Positions 62,478 to 64,000 of a stretch of 64,000 nucleotides of DNA are shown here, piece by piece. The translations under genes were made by a program, and so were the position numbers. Within the stretch, counting starts at the first letter, position 1. Each line of letters begins with the position of its first letter. The notes under the pieces were generated by a model. The model made no database searches. It was not told the origin of the DNA and saw only the letters and a program-made list of their open reading frames with translations. This stretch comes from Cyanobacteriota bacterium (GTDB lineage: Bacteria > Cyanobacteriota > Cyanobacteriia > Cyanobacteriales > Nostocaceae). Location: positions 183,118 through 247,117 of the forward strand of contig JBJOKS010000001.1 in NCBI GenBank assembly GCA_046045965.1. The letters run 5' to 3'.

Positions 62478-62885
62478 ATGTTTAAAACAGTTTTATTTCC
62501 CATTGATCAAAGTCGTGAAGCACGGGAAGCAGCTGACCTAGTTACCAAGGTTGTGCAACTGTGTACCAGTCGTCTAGTAGTGCTTTCAGTCGTAGAAGAA
62601 GCAACCCCAGAAGCACCTGCTGGCGATCCTATGGTGTCACCAGAAGCCGTTGCTAAACTACTGGAAAATGCCCAAACCTTATTTTCTGACCAGGGTATCA
62701 CCGCTGAAGTCATAGAAAGACAAGGTAAACCTGCTTTTACCATCTGTGATGTTGCTGATGAGATAGGGGCAGATTTAATTATTATGGCTTGTCGGGGATT
62801 GGGACTAACAGAGGAAGGTGCAAATGATAGTGTTACAGCCCGTGTAATTAATCTTTCACCTTGTCCTGTATTGATTGTGCCTTAG
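62478..62885 (+). CDS. Universal stress protein (UspA family)
   Basis: FKTVLFPID, ADLIIMACRG, SVTARVI..PCPVLIVP. Confidence 0.9.
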   Translation: MFKTVLFPIDQSREAREAADLVTKVVQLCTSRLVVLSVVEEATPEAPAGDPMVSPEAVAKLLENAQTLFSDQGITAEVIERQGKPAFTICDVADEIGADLIIMACRGLGLTEEGANDSVTARVINLSPCPVLIVP

Positions 62886-62951
62886 TTACAGGAGGCAGTA
62901 TTGGGAGGCAGGAGGCAGGAGGTAGGGGAGGTAGGGGAAGCAAAGATTTTT

Positions 62952-62992
62952 CCCAGTCCCCAGTCCCCAGTCCCCAGTCCCCAGTCCCCAGT
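62952..62992 (+). repeat. STRR heptamer array (CCCCAGT)n
   Basis: About 6 tandem units; other STRR arrays at ~25467-25535, 26440-26526, 41009-41139, 41961-42003. Confidence 0.9.
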
Positions 62993-63126
62993 CAAGTAGT
63001 GAAATTTCGGTAAAAAACCGTACTGTAAGCGTAGCTTGTTCCCTAGATTAGCTCACTAGACTAAAATAGAATGAGAGGCAAAACTTTAAGCTACTGAGTA
63101 CAAGCACTCAGTTAAATATAAGCAAA

Positions 63127-63450
63127 ATGGGATTCTTTGACTCGGAGATAGTTCAACACGAAGCCAAACAGCTGTTTGAAGATTATCAAGCACTGATTGC
63201 GCTTGGCAACAACTACGGCAAATTTGACCGTGAGGGCAAAAAGCTGTTTATTGAACAGATGGAAGCGATGATGGATCGATATCGCGTCTTTATGAAGCGG
63301 TTCGAGCTATCAGAAGACTTCATGGCGCAAATGACTGTACAGCAACTAAAAACTCAGCTAAATCAGTTTGGTGTCACACCACAACAAATGTTTGATCAGA
63401 TGAACATGACTCTGCAAAGAATGAAAGCTGAGTTGGAAAAACAGGTATGA
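63127..63450 (+). CDS. DUF1825 family protein
   Basis: MGFFDSEIVQ.EAK.LF.DY, FDREGK, MKRFELSEDF. Confidence 0.8.
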   Translation: MGFFDSEIVQHEAKQLFEDYQALIALGNNYGKFDREGKKLFIEQMEAMMDRYRVFMKRFELSEDFMAQMTVQQLKTQLNQFGVTPQQMFDQMNMTLQRMKAELEKQV

Positions 63451-63577
63451 CAGGGAACAGGGAACAGGGAACAGGGAACAGGGAACAGGGAACAGGGAAC
63501 AGGGAACAGGGAATTGGGAATATTTATCTTTCTTCTGCCTCCTGCCTCCTGCCTCCTGCCTCCTGCCTCCTGCCTCC
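63450..63577. repeat. STRR arrays (ACAGGGA)n and (CTGCCTC)n between convergent genes
   Basis: About 9 and 6 tandem heptamers. Confidence 0.9.
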
Positions 63578-63578
63578 T

Positions 63579-64000
63579 TTAATTTGACTTAGGACGAGGA
63601 AACTGAGAAGGTGATTTAAACTTCTCCGCAGGTACACCTTTGAGAGCTTGTACCATAAAGTCACGCCAGATGGGAGCAACCATACCCCCACCGGTAGCAC
63701 CACTGGATAATTGCTGGTTGTCATCTCTTCCCACCCAGACAGCAGTTGTGAGTTGTGGCACAGTACCCACATACCAAATATCTTTTTCTGAGGAAGTTGT
63801 TCCCGTTTTTCCTGCTGATGGTCGGTCTAGAGCTGCGCCTTTACCCGTACCACTGGTAACTACAGATTCCATCACATTGATAATTGCTGCTGATGCCCAA
63901 GAATCAAGAACTCGCTGGGGTTTAGGTGTGTTGTCGAGTAACACATTTCCGCTACTATCTGTAATCCGTGCAATTACTGTTGTCGGTGATTGCCAGCCGT
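63579..64000 (-). CDS. Class A penicillin-binding protein, C-terminal part (runs off the window)
   Basis: GTG..A, AGKTGTT, WYVG, VWVGRDD, APIW. Confidence 0.88.
   Translation of the reverse strand, partial: GWQSPTTVIARITDSSGNVLLDNTPKPQRVLDSWASAAIINVMESVVTSGTGKGAALDRPSAGKTGTTSSEKDIWYVGTVPQLTTAVWVGRDDNQQLSSGATGGGMVAPIWRDFMVQALKGVPAEKFKSPSQFPRPKSN

Noticed and set aside
62885..63577. Regular short repeats as a possible CRISPR array
   Set aside because: They are contiguous heptamer tandem repeats (STRR) without unique spacers; no cas genes in the window.

Overview
Chromosomal segment of a heterocyst-forming cyanobacterium (Nostocales). This is inferred from cnfR/patB, hetL, fdxB and a cox2-type oxidase operon, frequent HIP1 (GCGATCGC) and many heptamer STRR tandem repeats. 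About 4-20 kb is a nitrogen-fixation support region: cnfR <- [ArsR <- -> hetL, acsF <- -> hemF-desaturase] -> fdxB -> coxBAC -> (Uma2/DUF29 inserts) -> TPR-like, cupin and ArsC-like nitrogenase-associated genes. The most striking unexplained signal is a shared palindromic site, ATAACT-N4-AGTTAT. It lies over or next to the candidate -10 box of all four promoters of the ArsR/hetL/acsF/hemF block, which suggests a small ArsR-controlled regulon linking hetL to O2-dependent tetrapyrrole and lipid enzymes. The rest is mostly housekeeping (sucCD, aroE, hsp20, clpC paralog, mlaDF-like genes, iron ABC genes, tRNA-Leu, murA, coaBC, pgk, PBP). Accessory inserts include a Menshen-like DUF262/DUF3696 defence operon whose third gene appears broken, HigBA, a VapBC pair with a nonsense-mutated toxin, a secreted haloperoxidase-family protein, an aldo/keto-reductase pseudogene with a 27-nt insertion in a HIP1 site, and an LRR gene remnant. 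No CRISPR array, rRNA or intact transposase was seen. All family calls are from motif recognition by eye, not database searches.
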